Assembly: GCA_964016885.1 (NCBI GenBank)
Contig: OZ024741.1
Location: forward strand, 110,050,001-110,114,000
Source of the DNA: Eledone cirrhosa
Lineage: Eukaryota
Reading direction: 5' to 3'
DNA: 64,000 nucleotides
The position numbers were made by a program, and so were the translations under genes. Every line of letters begins with the position of its first letter. Position 1 is the first letter of the stretch. The notes below the pieces were generated by a model. It was not told where the DNA came from and did no database searches. It was given only the letters and a program-made list of their open reading frames with translations. Shown in pieces: positions 1 through 13,348 of this stretch.

Positions 1-232
1 ACACGGGCGCGTGTGCACTTCCATTAACGATACACAAACCACACACACAGACAGAAGCAATAATGCACACCCACGGAATACACGCCATCATCATACAAAT
101 GACAAGACAAACTCCACCTCAACCTTCACTCCCGAATACCGAACTACTCACCTACCACCCCAGACTTCTTAAAACGTTTTTTTTTTTCTAAACTCCGCTG
201 TTCCAACCTTTTCTTTCTCTCCAATCTCCCCA

Positions 233-276
233 TTTCCCGAAGGAGGACTCATGTCCGAAATGTCAAACCTTCTTCT
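233..276 (+). ncRNA. degenerate type I hammerhead motif in a PLE-type terminus
   Basis: ttt-CCCGAAGGA-GGAC-tcat-GTCC-GAAA-TG-TC-aaa; the core deviates from CUGAnGA; followed by a T-rich tail and (TA)n. Confidence 0.45.
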
Positions 277-346
277 ATTTGCTCCTAAGCATGACACTAA
301 TAAGTCTTTGTGTTTTTTGCATCTCTGTCTGTCTTATGATTTGTTG

Positions 347-523
<177 letters not shown>

Positions 524-552
524 TGTATGTATGTATGTATGTATGTATGTAT

Positions 553-1178
553 GGAGTGGTCACCTTGCCAGGATGAAGGATTCTAGAATACCAAAACAAC
601 TCTTCTGTGGAGAGTTGGTTAAAGGAAAACGACCACCACATAAACCAAAAAAGAGGTATAAGGATTCCTTGAAAGCCTCTCTGAAAGACGCTAACATCTC
701 TGCTGATACATGGGAAAATGTTGCTGCTGATCGTAATAAATGGAGAAAGACTGTATATGAGGGAAAAGTTGCCTTTGAGGCATCTCGAATCGCATACGAG
801 AAAGTAAAGCGGGATGTGAGGAAGGGCATTGCTGTTGCACTTCCAGACGGCGAAGGTCCTCCTATGGCGCTGACATGCAGAGTATGTGCGAGACTCTGCC
901 TAAGCAAAGCTGGACTCGAAAGTCATCTTCGCAGTCATAAAGTAAGACCAGTGGTTGACTACCAGGCTGCTGTTGGAGATGCTACTCATCATGCTTGCCA
1001 AACATGTGGTAGAGAATGTAAATCAGCAGGAGGGCTCAAGCGACATGCAAAAGTACACGAACTCCAACCACAGCCGACTATTCCCAGTGAATGTTTTGGT
1101 TGCCGACTCTGTGCAAGACATTTTAGATCATTGGCTGGGCTAAAAAGCCACATTCGATCGCAGCACTGTTAGTTGCTA

Positions 1179-1216
<38 letters not shown>

Positions 1217-1295
1217 GCTTATGTGCGTGCGTGTGTGTGTATATATATATGAATATGTATATTATTATTGTTGTTGTCGTTATTATTATTATTGC

Positions 1296-1329
<34 letters not shown>

Positions 1330-1439
1330 GTTGTTATTAATGTATGTGTGTGTATATGTGTGTGTGTATGTGTGTATGTATGTGTGTATGTATATATGTA
1401 TGTATGTATATATATATATATATTTCTTTTTTTTAAATT

Positions 1440-1478
<39 letters not shown>

Positions 1479-1498
1479 TTATTTTATTTTATTTTATT

Positions 1499-1529
<31 letters not shown>

Positions 1530-1605
1530 TTTTTTATTTATTTATTTATTTTTTTCTTCTCGTGCAATGGCCATACTCGATAACGAGGGGGCAGCCATCA
1601 TCATA
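553..1605 (+). mobile_element. RTE-type LINE 3' fragment with three C-terminal C2H2 zinc fingers; 3' UTR expanded by microsatellites
   Basis: WSGHLARMKDSRIPKQLFCGEL...KRYKDSLK...DRNKWR; fingers CRVC..SHLRSH, CQTC..RHAKVH, CRLC..SHIRSQH; stop at 1172; tail ggccatactcgataacgagggggcagccatcat at ~1569-1605. Confidence 0.8.
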
Positions 1606-1617
1606 TGTATGTATGTA

Positions 1618-1899
1618 TGGTTAAGAGAGTGGGACTGGCTTTGTGCAGTGCCTTTGTTCACTATAAAAGCTTCACGGCACAGGCATTGCTTTATATCTGG
1701 AGATCTCTCTGCACTTGTCGTCACATGGTACCAAGGGCCCAGCACTATGTCAATAATTGTCACAAGTGTAGTGTTTGTACCAGAGTTTTCAAGTCGCTGG
1801 CTGGACTAAAAAGTCACACTCGTTCAGCGCATCGGTAGGAGTTCTCCTACATGGATATAAAGTAGTGGCCGTACTCAAAAACGAGTTGGCAGCCACCAT
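1618..1899 (+). mobile_element. short non-autonomous RTE derivative (3' 280 bp)
   Basis: near-identical to 2483-2765 and, inverted, to 14101-14382; encodes [22 protein letters not shown]; flanked by TATG/TA microsatellite. Confidence 0.75.
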
Positions 1900-1992
1900 A
1901 TGTATATATGTATCTATGTATGTATATATATATATATATATATGTATGTATATATATATATGTATGTATGTATATATATATATGTATGTATG

Positions 1993-2027
<35 letters not shown>

Positions 2028-2104
2028 ATGTATATATATATACGTATGTATGTATATATATATATATATATATGTATGTATATATATATATATATATATG
2101 TATG

Positions 2105-2154
<50 letters not shown>

Positions 2155-2193
2155 TATATATATATATATGTATGTATGTATGTATATATGTAT

Positions 2194-2765
2194 CCCAGTA
2201 CAACCTGACTCATGGTCGGCTCGTTGGCGACTAAACTGGCAACCCCACCAAGGTTTCTTGGTGAGGAGGGTGACTTTGGACATCCTGCAGGACTAAAAAC
2301 AAAACCTGTCAAAGGGCAAAGGAGCTCTTAAGAGTCAATGGCCATCCAAAATCACCGGGAGAGATGACCCCTTAGCCTTTGTCAAGGCAGAATTCTAGGA
2401 GATGGAAAACTCTGATATAACACCTGCAACTCTGATGGTATCCAATGATGTTGACTTGTTCTTCTTTTTGGTAAATATCATCTTGGTTAAGAGAGTGGGA
2501 CTGGCTTTGTGCAGTGCCTTTGCTCACTATAAAAGCTTCACGGCACAGGCATTGCTTTATATCTGGAGATCGCTCTGCACTTGTTGTCACATGGTACTAT
2601 GGGCCCAGCACTGTGTCAATAATTGTCACAAGTCTAGTGTTTGTACCAGAGTTTTCAAGTCGCTGGCTGGACTAAAAAGTCACACTCGTTCAGCGCATCG
2701 GTAGGGGTTCTCCTACATGGATATGAAGTAGTGGCCGTACTCGAAAACGAGTTGGCAGCCACCAT
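2194..2765 (+). mobile_element. ~570 bp non-autonomous (bipartite-like) RTE derivative, longest copy
   Basis: 3' end and zinc-finger remnant homologous to the RTE at 553-1605; 5' end shared with 51644-51740; (TATG)n tail. Confidence 0.7.
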
Positions 2766-3016
2766 GTATGTATGTATGTATGTATGTATGTATGTATGTA
2801 TGTATGTATGTATGTATGTGTGTACGTATGTATGTATGTATGTATGTATGTATGTATGTATGTATGTATGTATGTATGTATGTATGTATGTATGTTCGTA
2901 TATATGAGGAATAGCCGTTTCCTTTATACAATTTCTTTATTAGAAACATCCATATTTCCTAACAAATACTCTATAATTCAATCGGAACATCAAAGTTCTT
3001 AGGGTCATAATTTTTT

Positions 3017-3050
3017 CAGCGTTTCCAGACCCTAACAGTCTCATCAGTAG
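3017..3050 (-). ncRNA. degenerate hammerhead motif
   Basis: reverse complement CTGATGA-GAC-tgttagg-GTC-tg-GAAACGCTG; stem I not supported. Confidence 0.35.
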
Positions 3051-3224
3051 AGGTGTTGTTGGTTTATTTTTACTGCCTATTCTTACTGCACCATCTTACT
3101 ATGGGCTTTTTACCGGAATTTTAATTTTAAACATGTCCGTTAGAATCATTTCTAGACCCCCTAAAAAAATGGGAAGGAGGAGACTAAATTAAATGCGCCT
3201 CCTTCAACATTCGGACATCAGAGC

Positions 3225-3665
3225 AAAGGAGGTATGTGTAAAAGCCAAAACACTATTTTAACCGAAAGAATACTATTGTTAATACAAGAGGTCGAAAGAG
3301 ACTCCTCCGAAGTATCTTTGAGGTAATGTTCCTCGAAAGAGTACATAACTCGGAGATCTGGGAGTACTCCAGGTAGAAACATACTTCTCCGAATCAAGAG
3401 ACCACAGTTCCGATAATATGGACATGTGATTAGAATGTCAAGGAAGGAATCGCAGGACATATTTTACGGGTAAAACCAGCCTGCAGGTGACTCAGAGGTA
3501 GAGCTCGAGCAAGATGGTTGAATAACATCCCTGAGCTCGGTTGGTTTCACTTGGGGATCCAGCTGGATCAAATGGAGACGGTTGCTTCTGATAGGATACG
3601 CTGGAAGGTGTGTTTGAGGTCTCTGCCCCCACAACACTCATAAGAATAAGTCAACGAAAAAGAAG
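3225..3665 (+). pseudogene. decayed RTE LINE 3' end
   Basis: frameshifted YGHVIRM...RGRARARWLNNI..LGW..LGI...DRIRWKVCL; tail similar to 33320-33375. Confidence 0.65.
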
Positions 3666-4367
3666 ACCGTTCGAATCAAAACTCACAAGTTGTGTGCATA
3701 TTTGTATGTAACAACCACCATCTTTCTATTTGCTAACACCTTTTTATTCGCTATTATCACAGTGCTCAATCTATGTGTTTTACTCCTCTACTTCATTCTA
3801 TGTGTTTTACTCCTTTACTGTCATTCTCTCTCGCTTCTTATTTACACTCACCCACCACTTACACCATTTATCTTTGTTGTTCATTTTCCTTTTCTTTTTC
3901 AACTCTTCCATTTTGTCTCTTATTTTTTCAATTTTTCCTTAGCCGTCAATCTCTATACTTTGTTTATATCTAGATACATTCCGTAAGTCAAATCAATAAT
4001 GCTAGAAAAATACATATTCCAAGTTTTGACTTGCGCTTATCTCCAGTGTCTGCTCTTACTCTATTCATTTAACATTTCTTATTAACACTTTGCTTCATAT
4101 TCTTACCACATCAGGCTTCCACTCTCCTGCTTCTCCTTCACTCTTTCATTCCTTGTCTTTCCATTTTCTCCTGTTTTCTATCTTTCCTACTCTATGTTTC
4201 TCCTATTCTTTCAGTTAATCTTAACTGATGTCTTCTAAAACTCCAAAATACACGCTCAATGCTCATATTTCAGCCTTAATATTTGTGTTTCTTTACCTTA
4301 CAATAGAATTTGTATTTCAAGTTACATTCGACGATGTTAGAGTGATACAAAATAGTATATTTATTAT

Positions 4368-4706
4368 TAACTTTAGGCACAATTTAAACAATTTCAACCC
4401 TGTAAGGATGAAAGGCAAAGCTAACTTTGGTTGGATTTAAACTCAAAACGTAAAGGGCCGTAACTATATGCCACAAAACATGTTGTCCGACGCTTTCCGC
4501 CAATCCACCGTCGTTGTTTGCAATAATAATTGTTTCTACTTTTGGCACAAGGCCAGCAATTATCCCAGTGCATTACTGGTACTTTATTTTATCGACCCGT
4601 AAGGATGAAAGGCAAAGTTAACCTCGGCGGGATTTGAACTCAGACTGTAAAGGGACGTAACTATGCTGGAAAGCATGGCGTCCGACTCTCTACCGATACT
4701 GCCAAT
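4368..4706 (-). mobile_element. two tRNA-derived SINE copies (family S1)
   Basis: inverted copies of 5525-5710; 4525-4706 is well preserved, 4368-4510 degenerate. Confidence 0.8.
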
Positions 4707-4929
4707 CCCCAATGCCACATAAAAGATTCCCCACATGCAGAGCGCCCTCTGCCGCCAAACACAAGTAGGCTCTGAGGACAACAAATAGATGAGATGTATT
4801 CATTCCTACTTTGATCATGGCCAATTTATTACGATGCTCTAGAACTGGAAACCACCAAAATCTCTTTATTTGCTACTGCTAAAACTGAAAAACCATTATA
4901 TGTCTTGAGGGACTGTTATGATACGGATA

Positions 4930-5140
4930 TTGGTATCATCAGTAGAGCGTCGGACAACATACTTTGTGGCATATAGTTACAGCCCTTTATCTTCCGAGTA
5001 CAAAGCCTACCGAGCTTAGCTTTGCCTTTCATTCTTTGAGGGTCGACAAAATAAAGTAACAATAACACACTTGAGTTGCTATAAGCGAGTACCCCTTTCC
5101 TTCAAATTGTTGGCTTTGTGCCGAAAGTAGAAATAATTAT
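4930..5140 (+). mobile_element. degenerate SINE S1
   Basis: ctttgcctttcattc..gggtcgacaaaataaagta...gtgccgaaagtagaaataatt. Confidence 0.65.
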
Positions 5141-5524
5141 TAGATTAGGAATCATAGTAAATCTTAATGTCGTTTCTTTGTCGTTTCATCTACTAGTCCT
5201 CACCAATTCAAATATTTGGTTGCTTGGATTTGCCTTTCAGCCCTCCAGTTTCCACACGCTATATGAAGGATTTTATTTACATGGGTGGTTTATCTCCTGA
5301 CACGCCGGTTTAAGGAGTAAAGCATCAAATATCATTTGAAAATATCGTCACCCCGATGCAGATAACTATAATAATAATGGATCACTATAAATGATCGTTC
5401 AAAAAATTGTGTAAAGTACTCTTGAAGACGGAAAATAGTGAATTGAGACAGCATGTCCAGTTATTTCTGTCCGGAAGTGTACTTTACTCGATTTTTCAAC
5501 TATCATTTATAGTAATCAATTATT

Positions 5525-5710
5525 GGTGGATTGGCAGTATCGGTAGAGAGTCGGACGCCATGCTTTCCAGCATAGTTACGTCCCTTTACGGTCTGAGTTC
5601 AAATCCCGTCGAGATTAACTTTGCTTTTCATCCTTACGGGGTCGATAAAATAAAGTACCAGTAATGTACTGGATAATTGCTGGCCTTGTGCCAAAAGTAG
5701 AAACAATTAT
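5525..5710 (+). mobile_element. tRNA-derived SINE S1 (Meta-domain-like core)
   Basis: A-box-like TGGCAGTATCGG, B box GAGTTCAAATCC, core gcctttcatccttacggggtcgataaaataaagtacc, tail ggccttgtgccaaaagtagaaacaattat; about 20 copies in the window. Confidence 0.85.
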
Positions 5711-6091
5711 TATAGTTATTTGCATTGAGTTAAATATATTTTCAAATTATAAATTTCTCAACGATTTAAAAATTAATAAAACATGTTCAAACTGTTTTCA
5801 TTTTGCCGTAATTCCGTATTTCATTCATATTTAATATGCATGAAATAGCAATACGATACTAAAACAATTAAATTATATAAATTATGAAATAAACTATTTA
5901 TATTAAGCCGACGTCTGTAGCATAGTTTATCAAACATTGGACTATTAAAACGATTTGGAAAACAATTTTATTTATTTCATGAAACATAACTTTTCAAATA
6001 AAATTCAATACTGTTCCTAATCGAATTATAAATAATTTTGTTAAAGTTATAACCAAATTTCAACCTGTATAACGCCGACGATTCTGCTATT

Positions 6092-6300
6092 GGCTGAGTG
6101 GTTAGAGAATTGGATTCGCAATCGTGAGGTTGTGAGTTCGATTCCCAGACCGGACGATGCGTTACGTCCTTGAGCAAGACACTTTATTTCACGTTGCTCC
6201 TTCTACCTGGAATTGCGACCGATAGATAGTATTAGCAATTGGAAAGACCAATGGAAACATTGTTTGCTCGGTCCGATTTGATGAAAGTCGATCGACTGTC
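6092..6300 (+). mobile_element. tRNA-derived SINE family S2
   Basis: TGGCTGAGTGG A box, GAGTTCGATTCC B box, gtccttgagcaagacactttatttcacgttgctcc body; related copies near 20790, 39160, 39410 and 63750. Confidence 0.75.
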
Positions 6301-6436
6301 GATATATATATATGAGTGTGTGTGTGCATTATTGTATATATACATACCCAAACATACACATACTCACACACACACATATATATATATACATTTATAGATG
6401 TATATGTATATATATATATATTATACACAAACACAG

Positions 6437-6497
<61 letters not shown>

Positions 6498-6816
6498 CCA
6501 TTTCTATATTAAATATTTATACTCTGCTATGTATTGAGTACCTTACTTCCTGTGGTTACTCCCCCGATTGAACCCGGGATAAACTTATATATATATATAT
6601 ATATATGTGTGTAAATGAAGTAATTCCGTCGAAAAAGTCCAGGAAAAAAGAGTGCTCTATGTAGGTAAGAGAGCTTAATAGTTATGTATACTATATATAT
6701 ATATATTCATATATATATATAAATAAAACATGTTGAAACTGTTTTCATTTTGCCGTAATTCTGTATTCTATTCTTATTTAATATGCATAAAAACACACAC
6801 GCGCACACACACACAC

Positions 6817-6852
<36 letters not shown>

Positions 6853-7015
6853 ATACACTGTAGTCAAATTTGGTAAAAATATCCATGGGTAAGAGCACTC
6901 GAACCCTAGGGTGAATTAAGTATAATTAGTTACTACAGTATGTATATATATATTGTATAGGGTGAAAGCAGCGATTCTTTGCTTAAACTTTAATCTGTTA
7001 TTTTAATAAATATAT

Positions 7016-7105
<90 letters not shown>

Positions 7106-7160
7106 CACACACATATATATATATATATATATACAAATATATATAAATACATACATACAT

Positions 7161-7236
<76 letters not shown>

Positions 7237-7276
7237 AAAATGCAAGTGGAGTCTTTTAAGAATATTTATTTATTTA

Positions 7277-7320
7277 TTTACTTTACCAGTTTCACATTTC
7301 TTATGCTTTTCAAAAGTAAA
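7277..7320 (-). ncRNA. hammerhead motif, U3-A8 variant core
   Basis: rc TTTACTT-TTGAAAA-GCAT-aagaa-ATGT-GAAA-CTGG-TA-AAGTAAA. Confidence 0.65.
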
Positions 7321-7507
7321 ATTGAGATGGAGGGTTTGTATTTCTGTCGTGGTTTATATATATATATAATAAATGTAATCTGAGTTTTTCGAATATTAAT
7401 AATAACATTCGATTCGTTTGCAATTATGCAAACAAGCCTCAATTTTATAGCCATGTCAGTAGTTTTCTTTTATATATATATATATATATATACAAATCAC
7501 AACAGAA

Positions 7508-7556
<49 letters not shown>

Positions 7557-7927
7557 AGTGTATGTATGTATGTACAATAGTTTAGTGACTGATATATTTA
7601 TAACTGAATTAAACTTCAATAATTTTAGTATTGTTTTTCTTAATATATTCTATTAATATTAATTTTATAGTTTTATAATTTTATAATTTGTGTTACTTCA
7701 AATAATAAGTATTATTAAACTTATATACTATAGTTGTACACTTATAACATTATTTAACTGAGTAGTATATGTGTATCAGGGTGTAATAGGGTAGCATAAT
7801 ACTTTTAATGACTACATGTATATTTATTACTAATAAATATATAATTGCGTGTTTAGTCCTCCATAAAATGTTAACGTTTTTCTAACTCTATTAGGAATTT
7901 GTTTACGTTTTCGTAAATGTTTCTGTT

Positions 7928-8010
7928 ATTTAATAGATTCTGATGAGATCAATATATCATGAATGAATATCCATGTTATGTTGATCGAAACGTCCGTCAA
8001 TCAATTAAAT
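7928..8010 (+). ncRNA. type I hammerhead ribozyme, canonical core, GUC site
   Basis: atttaataGATT-CTGATGA-GATCAATAT...ATGTTGATC-GAAAC-gtcc-GTC-AATCaattaaat. Confidence 0.85.
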
Positions 8011-8076
8011 GATTTCATTAAATTTAATCCTGGTTATTTTTATTCATTTACACACAAACACACACGCATATATTTT

Positions 8077-8150
8077 GGTGTTCAAAAGAATGTATACACA
8101 CTTTGATTAGAATTCTGGTGAAGTATGTATACATTTTTGGGGGACACCAT
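8077..8150. mobile_element. tiny Tc1/mariner-like MITE remnant
   Basis: imperfect TIRs ggtgttcaaaagaatgtataca / tgtatacatttttgggggacacc; related end at 32400-32440. Confidence 0.4.
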
Positions 8151-8185
8151 GTGTATATATATATGCATATATATATATATGTATG

Positions 8186-8273
<88 letters not shown>

Positions 8274-8274
8274 C

Positions 8275-8377
<103 letters not shown>

Positions 8378-8673
8378 GAGAGACGTATTTACATACATAT
8401 ATATATATTTGTTTTGCGAGGTTTTTGATATGAAATCGTGTGTCGAAACAAATATTGTTATACTTGTTAGACTATATATATGTGTTTATATATGTGTTTA
8501 TATCTATATTATATCTGTATTTTTGACCGTTGGTCAGTCAATGGTAAACATTGAGGACCGAATGAATTAACTCATATAAAAGATACAGAAGCGAAAACCA
8601 ACCAAACGGTGAGTGTGTTCTGTTAGTAATTCTGGCAATGTTATTACAGCAATATGACCCTCCCCAAGTATAA

Positions 8674-8723
<50 letters not shown>

Positions 8724-8813
8724 GTTTCTACTTTAGGCACAAGGCCAGCAATTACCCAGTGCATTACTGGTACTTTATTTTATCGACCCCGTAAGGATGA
8801 AAGGCATATATAT

Positions 8814-8858
8814 TGAGACAGTTTTAGTCCTGAAGAAGTCATTTTTATATTAAATTTG

Positions 8859-8890
<32 letters not shown>

Positions 8891-8935
8891 CAAATTTAAT
8901 ATAGAAATGGCTTCTTCGGGACTAAAACTGTTTCA
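8814..8935. repeat. tail-to-tail inverted PLE-terminus fragments around (TA)n
   Basis: acagttttagtcctgaagaagtcatttttatattaaatttgtta and its near-exact reverse complement. Confidence 0.75.
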
Positions 8936-8969
8936 TTCCGTTCAAAGGAAATCAGCCAGAAAGGGGCTT

Positions 8970-9116
<147 letters not shown>

Positions 9117-9236
9117 CAGATTAAAGTGTAAGCAAAGAATCGCTGCTTTCTCCCTTAACGGGTTCTTATATATTTGATATATATATTTATCCTTATCGAA
9201 CTCTCTTTGGATTTTAATCTTCGCATTTATTATTAT

Positions 9237-9293
<57 letters not shown>

Positions 9294-9301
<8 letters not shown>

Positions 9302-9655
9302 GATATTAAATAAATGGAAACTAAACTATATTTTTAAAGTTTGTTTTATAAATGTTGACATAACCAGGAAAAGATACCTTAACGGTTCAAGTTTTTCTTG
9401 AACCGTTAAGGTATCTTTTCTTGGTTATGTCAACATTTATAAAACAAACTTTGTATTTTATCTGATGAGAGCGTACCAAAGTTTTGGTACTCTTGAAATA
9501 TATAGAATAGAATAAATATGGTTTTATAAATATAGTTTAGTTTCCATTTATTTAATATCATTGAATATTATACTCCAGAAAACTTGTCGAGTGCTCTGAA
9601 TCAGTTATAAACATTTATATTTGTTGAATTACCAATAAATTCAATATCCCTTTTG

Positions 9656-9660
<5 letters not shown>
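9294..9660. mobile_element. fold-back pair of PLE family A terminal repeats
   Basis: palindrome centred at ~9394; the left arm lacks the HHR segment; homologous to 13230-13392. Confidence 0.8.
9454..9514 (+). ncRNA. hammerhead motif family A (cleavage triplet mutated)
   Basis: TATTTTAT-CTGATGA-GAGcGTACCAAA-gt-TTTGGTACTCTT-GAAA-TATATA-GA-ATAGAATA; U16.1 replaced by G. Confidence 0.7.
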
Positions 9661-9735
<75 letters not shown>

Positions 9736-9955
9736 ACTTTTATTAGATGATTTGATGGTCAATCGGTTGTTAGTCATATTCATTTTTGTTGATAACCCTA
9801 ATTATTTTGTTCAATATTGCCAGTATACCACTGATTCTGTAGTGAAGTACTCTGTTACTGGCATTGAGTAAGTTGGTGTGTATCACGACGTTGTAGTACC
9901 TGAACTCGAAGCACCTCATGGTGATATATTGTGAATTTATTAATATATATATGTG

Positions 9956-10010
<55 letters not shown>

Positions 10011-10200
10011 ACATACACATCTATATATTTATATATATATATATATATTTTATATATATATAAGCAAAAGGGATATTGAATTTGTTGGTAATTCAACAAA
10101 TATAAATGTTTATAACTGATTCAGAGCACCCGACAGTTTTTCTGGGGTATAATATTCAATGATATTAAATAAATGGAAACTATATTTATAAAACCATATT

Positions 10201-10261
10201 TATTCTATTATATATATTTCAAGGGTACCAAAACTTTGGTACTATCTCATCAGATAAAATA
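10201..10261 (-). ncRNA. hammerhead family A in the inverted 5' pLTR
   Basis: rc TATTTTAT-CTGATGA-gataGTACCAAAgtTTTGGTACcctt-GAAA-TATATA-TA-ATAGAATA. Confidence 0.75.
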
Positions 10262-12096
10262 CGGTACTAATGAAGTTATAGATTGGTTTAATAACACAAA
10301 ATTAAAACATGACAAAAAATTCATTGAAATGGATATTGCAAATTACTACTCCTATATTACCCCTAGCTTACTTAATAAGGCACTTATCTACGCGTCTAAA
10401 CATACAGACCTATCTAGTGAAGAAATGAATATAATTCTAACAGCACGCAAAACCCTAATAGTATTTAATAATCATCTCTGTACAAGAGCGACAGAAAAAA
10501 CAATTTTGATATCACTATGGGATCATCTGACTCGGCGCAAGTAACGGAACTCTTTGGATTATTTATTAATAATGTACTGCATAGGAAAATGGCAGAGATG
10601 ACCGGAGGTTTATATCGCGACAATATGTTACTTTTAATTGAAAACCATAGCAATAGTGAAATTAAAAGGAAAAGGAAATCCATAATACAATTTTTCAACA
10701 ACTACAACCTTAATTTAGAAATCGAGAATAATTACAAAATCGTTAACTTCTTAGATGTAACCTTAAACCTTAGTACAGGTCTTTACTATCCATTCCATAA
10801 AATTAACGAAAACCTAAATTACGTAAGTTTCAATTCTAATCATCCTAGAAATATAAAAAACACTATAATAGTGTGTTTTATATTTCTAGGATGATTAGAA
10901 TTGAAACTTACGTAATTTAGGTTTTCGTTAATTTTATGGAATGGATAGTAAAGACCTGTGCTAAGGTTTAAGGTTACATCTAAGAAGTTAACGATTTTGT
11001 AATTATTCTCGATTTCTAAATTAAGGTTGTAGTTGTTTAAAAATTGTATTATGGATTTCCTTTTCCTATTAATTTCACTATTGCTATGGTTTTCAATTAA
11101 AAGTAACATATCGTCGCGATATAAACCTCCGGTCATCTCTGCCATTTTCCTATGCAGTACATTATATATATATATATCCAACATACGGATTTCACGCATC
11201 TCTGCTAATAAAAATATTTTTGATGATAAGGCAGAATATTACAATGAAACTTTACATAGAGCAGGATACTCGAATAAAATTAAATATATAGATAACAATA
11301 ACATGCCAAATCATCCTAGAATTAATTATAATAATAATAAACAATTTAATTTAAACACTAACCCCCCCCCCCCAAAAAAAAAAATAACTAGAACTAGAAA
11401 TATTATTTGGTACTCTCCCCCATTCTCATTAAGCAAAGCTATTTTTTGAAGCACTAGATAAAACCCACAGATACCACTCTATTTTTAACAGACACACTAT
11501 AAAACTATCCTACTCTACTACTATGAACATAGCACAAAATATAAATAGAATTAATAACAGAAACTTAAATTTAAACCCTAACCAAACAAACCAAGATAGG
11601 AATAATAATATTTCTAACAACAATATTCAGAATAATAGTATCGTTCCGAATAACAACTCCAGAAAATGTAACTGTAGAATTAAATCAAACTACACTTTAC
11701 AAAATAATTGCTTAGACAAAAACGTAACTTATAAATGCACAGTTAAAACTAGAGACAAAGTATTTAACTATGTTGGTGCCACTTCTACAAAATTCAAAGA
11801 ACGCTGTTATAACCATAAACACACATTTAATAGATCCAATAAAAAAATCTTCCACTTCACTTTCACATTTAATTTGGAAATTAAAAGACCACAATATAGA
11901 CTATTCAATATCTTGGGGAACGATTTCGAAAGCACCTGCATACCGAAATATGGCTTTCTCAAGATTCTGTAACTTATGTATCGATGACATTTTTTATATA
12001 ATTAACTGTCAAAACTCTATTAATCTTAAAACAGAATTATTTTCTAGTTGCAGACATCGCCAAAATTCCACTTACAGAAGTATTTTTAATTTATGA
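10262..12096 (+). pseudogene. PLE reverse transcriptase-GIY-YIG endonuclease pseudogene
   Basis: several frameshifted ORF pieces homologous to 15991-18057, interrupted by an inverted duplication. Confidence 0.85.
10570..11164. repeat. ~297 bp-arm inverted duplication inside the RT
   Basis: ORF 10840-11199(-) mirrors 10517-10894(+); centre ~10867; a few substitutions between arms. Confidence 0.9.
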
Positions 12097-13287
12097 TATT
12101 CATTACACCTGACTATATCTTATACACCTTTAAAATGATCCTATTTTCTTTAAAAATTAAAATTAAAATTTTTTTAAATGATCTTCCGTTATTAATTTTT
12201 TAATATTTTTACTATTTTAACTATTTGACATTAATTTTTTTAATTTTTTAATATTTTAAAATATTTTTTTACAATTTTTACCATTTGATATTATTTTCTT
12301 AATGATACCCCTCTAAATATATTTTTTTAGATGTAGATTGATAATCTTTAATTGACATTCTGAAAGTTTATCCTCTTTACGATAGTTCTTCGAAATGCAC
12401 ATTACTTTTTTCCTCTTCTTTGATCTTCAAACTTTCACACACCTTTCGACTAAAATAATATATAATTGAAATTAATCTCACACAAAATAATAATGGTTTT
12501 CTCTATATATTTTCTGAGTAAATCATTCATCAAATTTAACGGTTAACAAAAAAGATTGGAGTTATTTTTTCCTTTTCAATCGTGCAAACATAAACATTAT
12601 ATTATAATATAATATTTATGATAAACTATATAACTTCGCTAAATTAACAATATCTTGAAAACATTTTCAATGATGGAACAAAATATTTGAATATACAAAT
12701 TGTTCTCCTCTTACAACTTGAACTACGTGTTTTTTTTATGTAAAATGCAAAATCAACACCTTCGTAACTCATATTAGAAATGTAAACAACTAATAATTGT
12801 ACATTATTTCTATTTCTATAATACTTATACATGCACAATTCTTAATCTATATAGATAGTTATATACTTACAACCTATTGTAATGTAATAAGATAAAAATC
12901 TACTTACAACCATAATTCTTCATATAATCTAATTGATTATATATACAATATTATAATCCATAATATAGCTAAATAAATTTAAAATCTGGAATCATGTTCC
13001 ACCATTCCCGCAAATTGTTAATTCCTTTTAAATTAACGCAAATACAAGCTCTACTTTCTTTTTTTTCTTCTTCCTACTTATACATATATATATCCTAATT
13101 ATTTAAATTCTGCATAGCGTCTAAAAATAACGTTTTTTCAGCCCTATACCTCAACCTCATTTGCATACTCATCTTAATAATTTGAAATATCTTACTTTTC
13201 TTCTCTCTTCCTTCACTATCCAAGAAAAACTTGAACAGTTAAGGAATCTTTTCTTGGTTAGGTCAAAAATTTATAAAACAAACTTTG

Positions 13288-13348
13288 TATTTTATCTGAT
13301 GAGAGCGTACCAAAGTTTTGGTACTCTTGAAATATATATAATAGAATA
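13288..13348 (+). ncRNA. type I hammerhead family A in the 3' pLTR
   Basis: TATTTTAT-CTGATGA-stem II GTACCAAA/TTTGGTAC-GAAA-TATATA-TA-ATAGAATA. Confidence 0.8.

Noticed and set aside
870-1172. Host C2H2 zinc-finger gene
   Set aside because: In frame with the RTE C-terminus, lacks TGEKP linkers and is followed by the RTE tail
2194-2250. Possible HDV-like ribozyme at the 5' end of the RTE derivative (CCAGT..ACC-loop-GGT..CTAA-ACTGG)
   Set aside because: The P1 5' strand and the canonical L3/P1.1 are not evident, and P2 pairing is lost in the 51644 copy; a covariance-model search would be needed
5525-6160. tRNA genes suggested by A/B boxes
   Set aside because: No complete cloverleaf; the boxes continue into multi-copy SINE bodies
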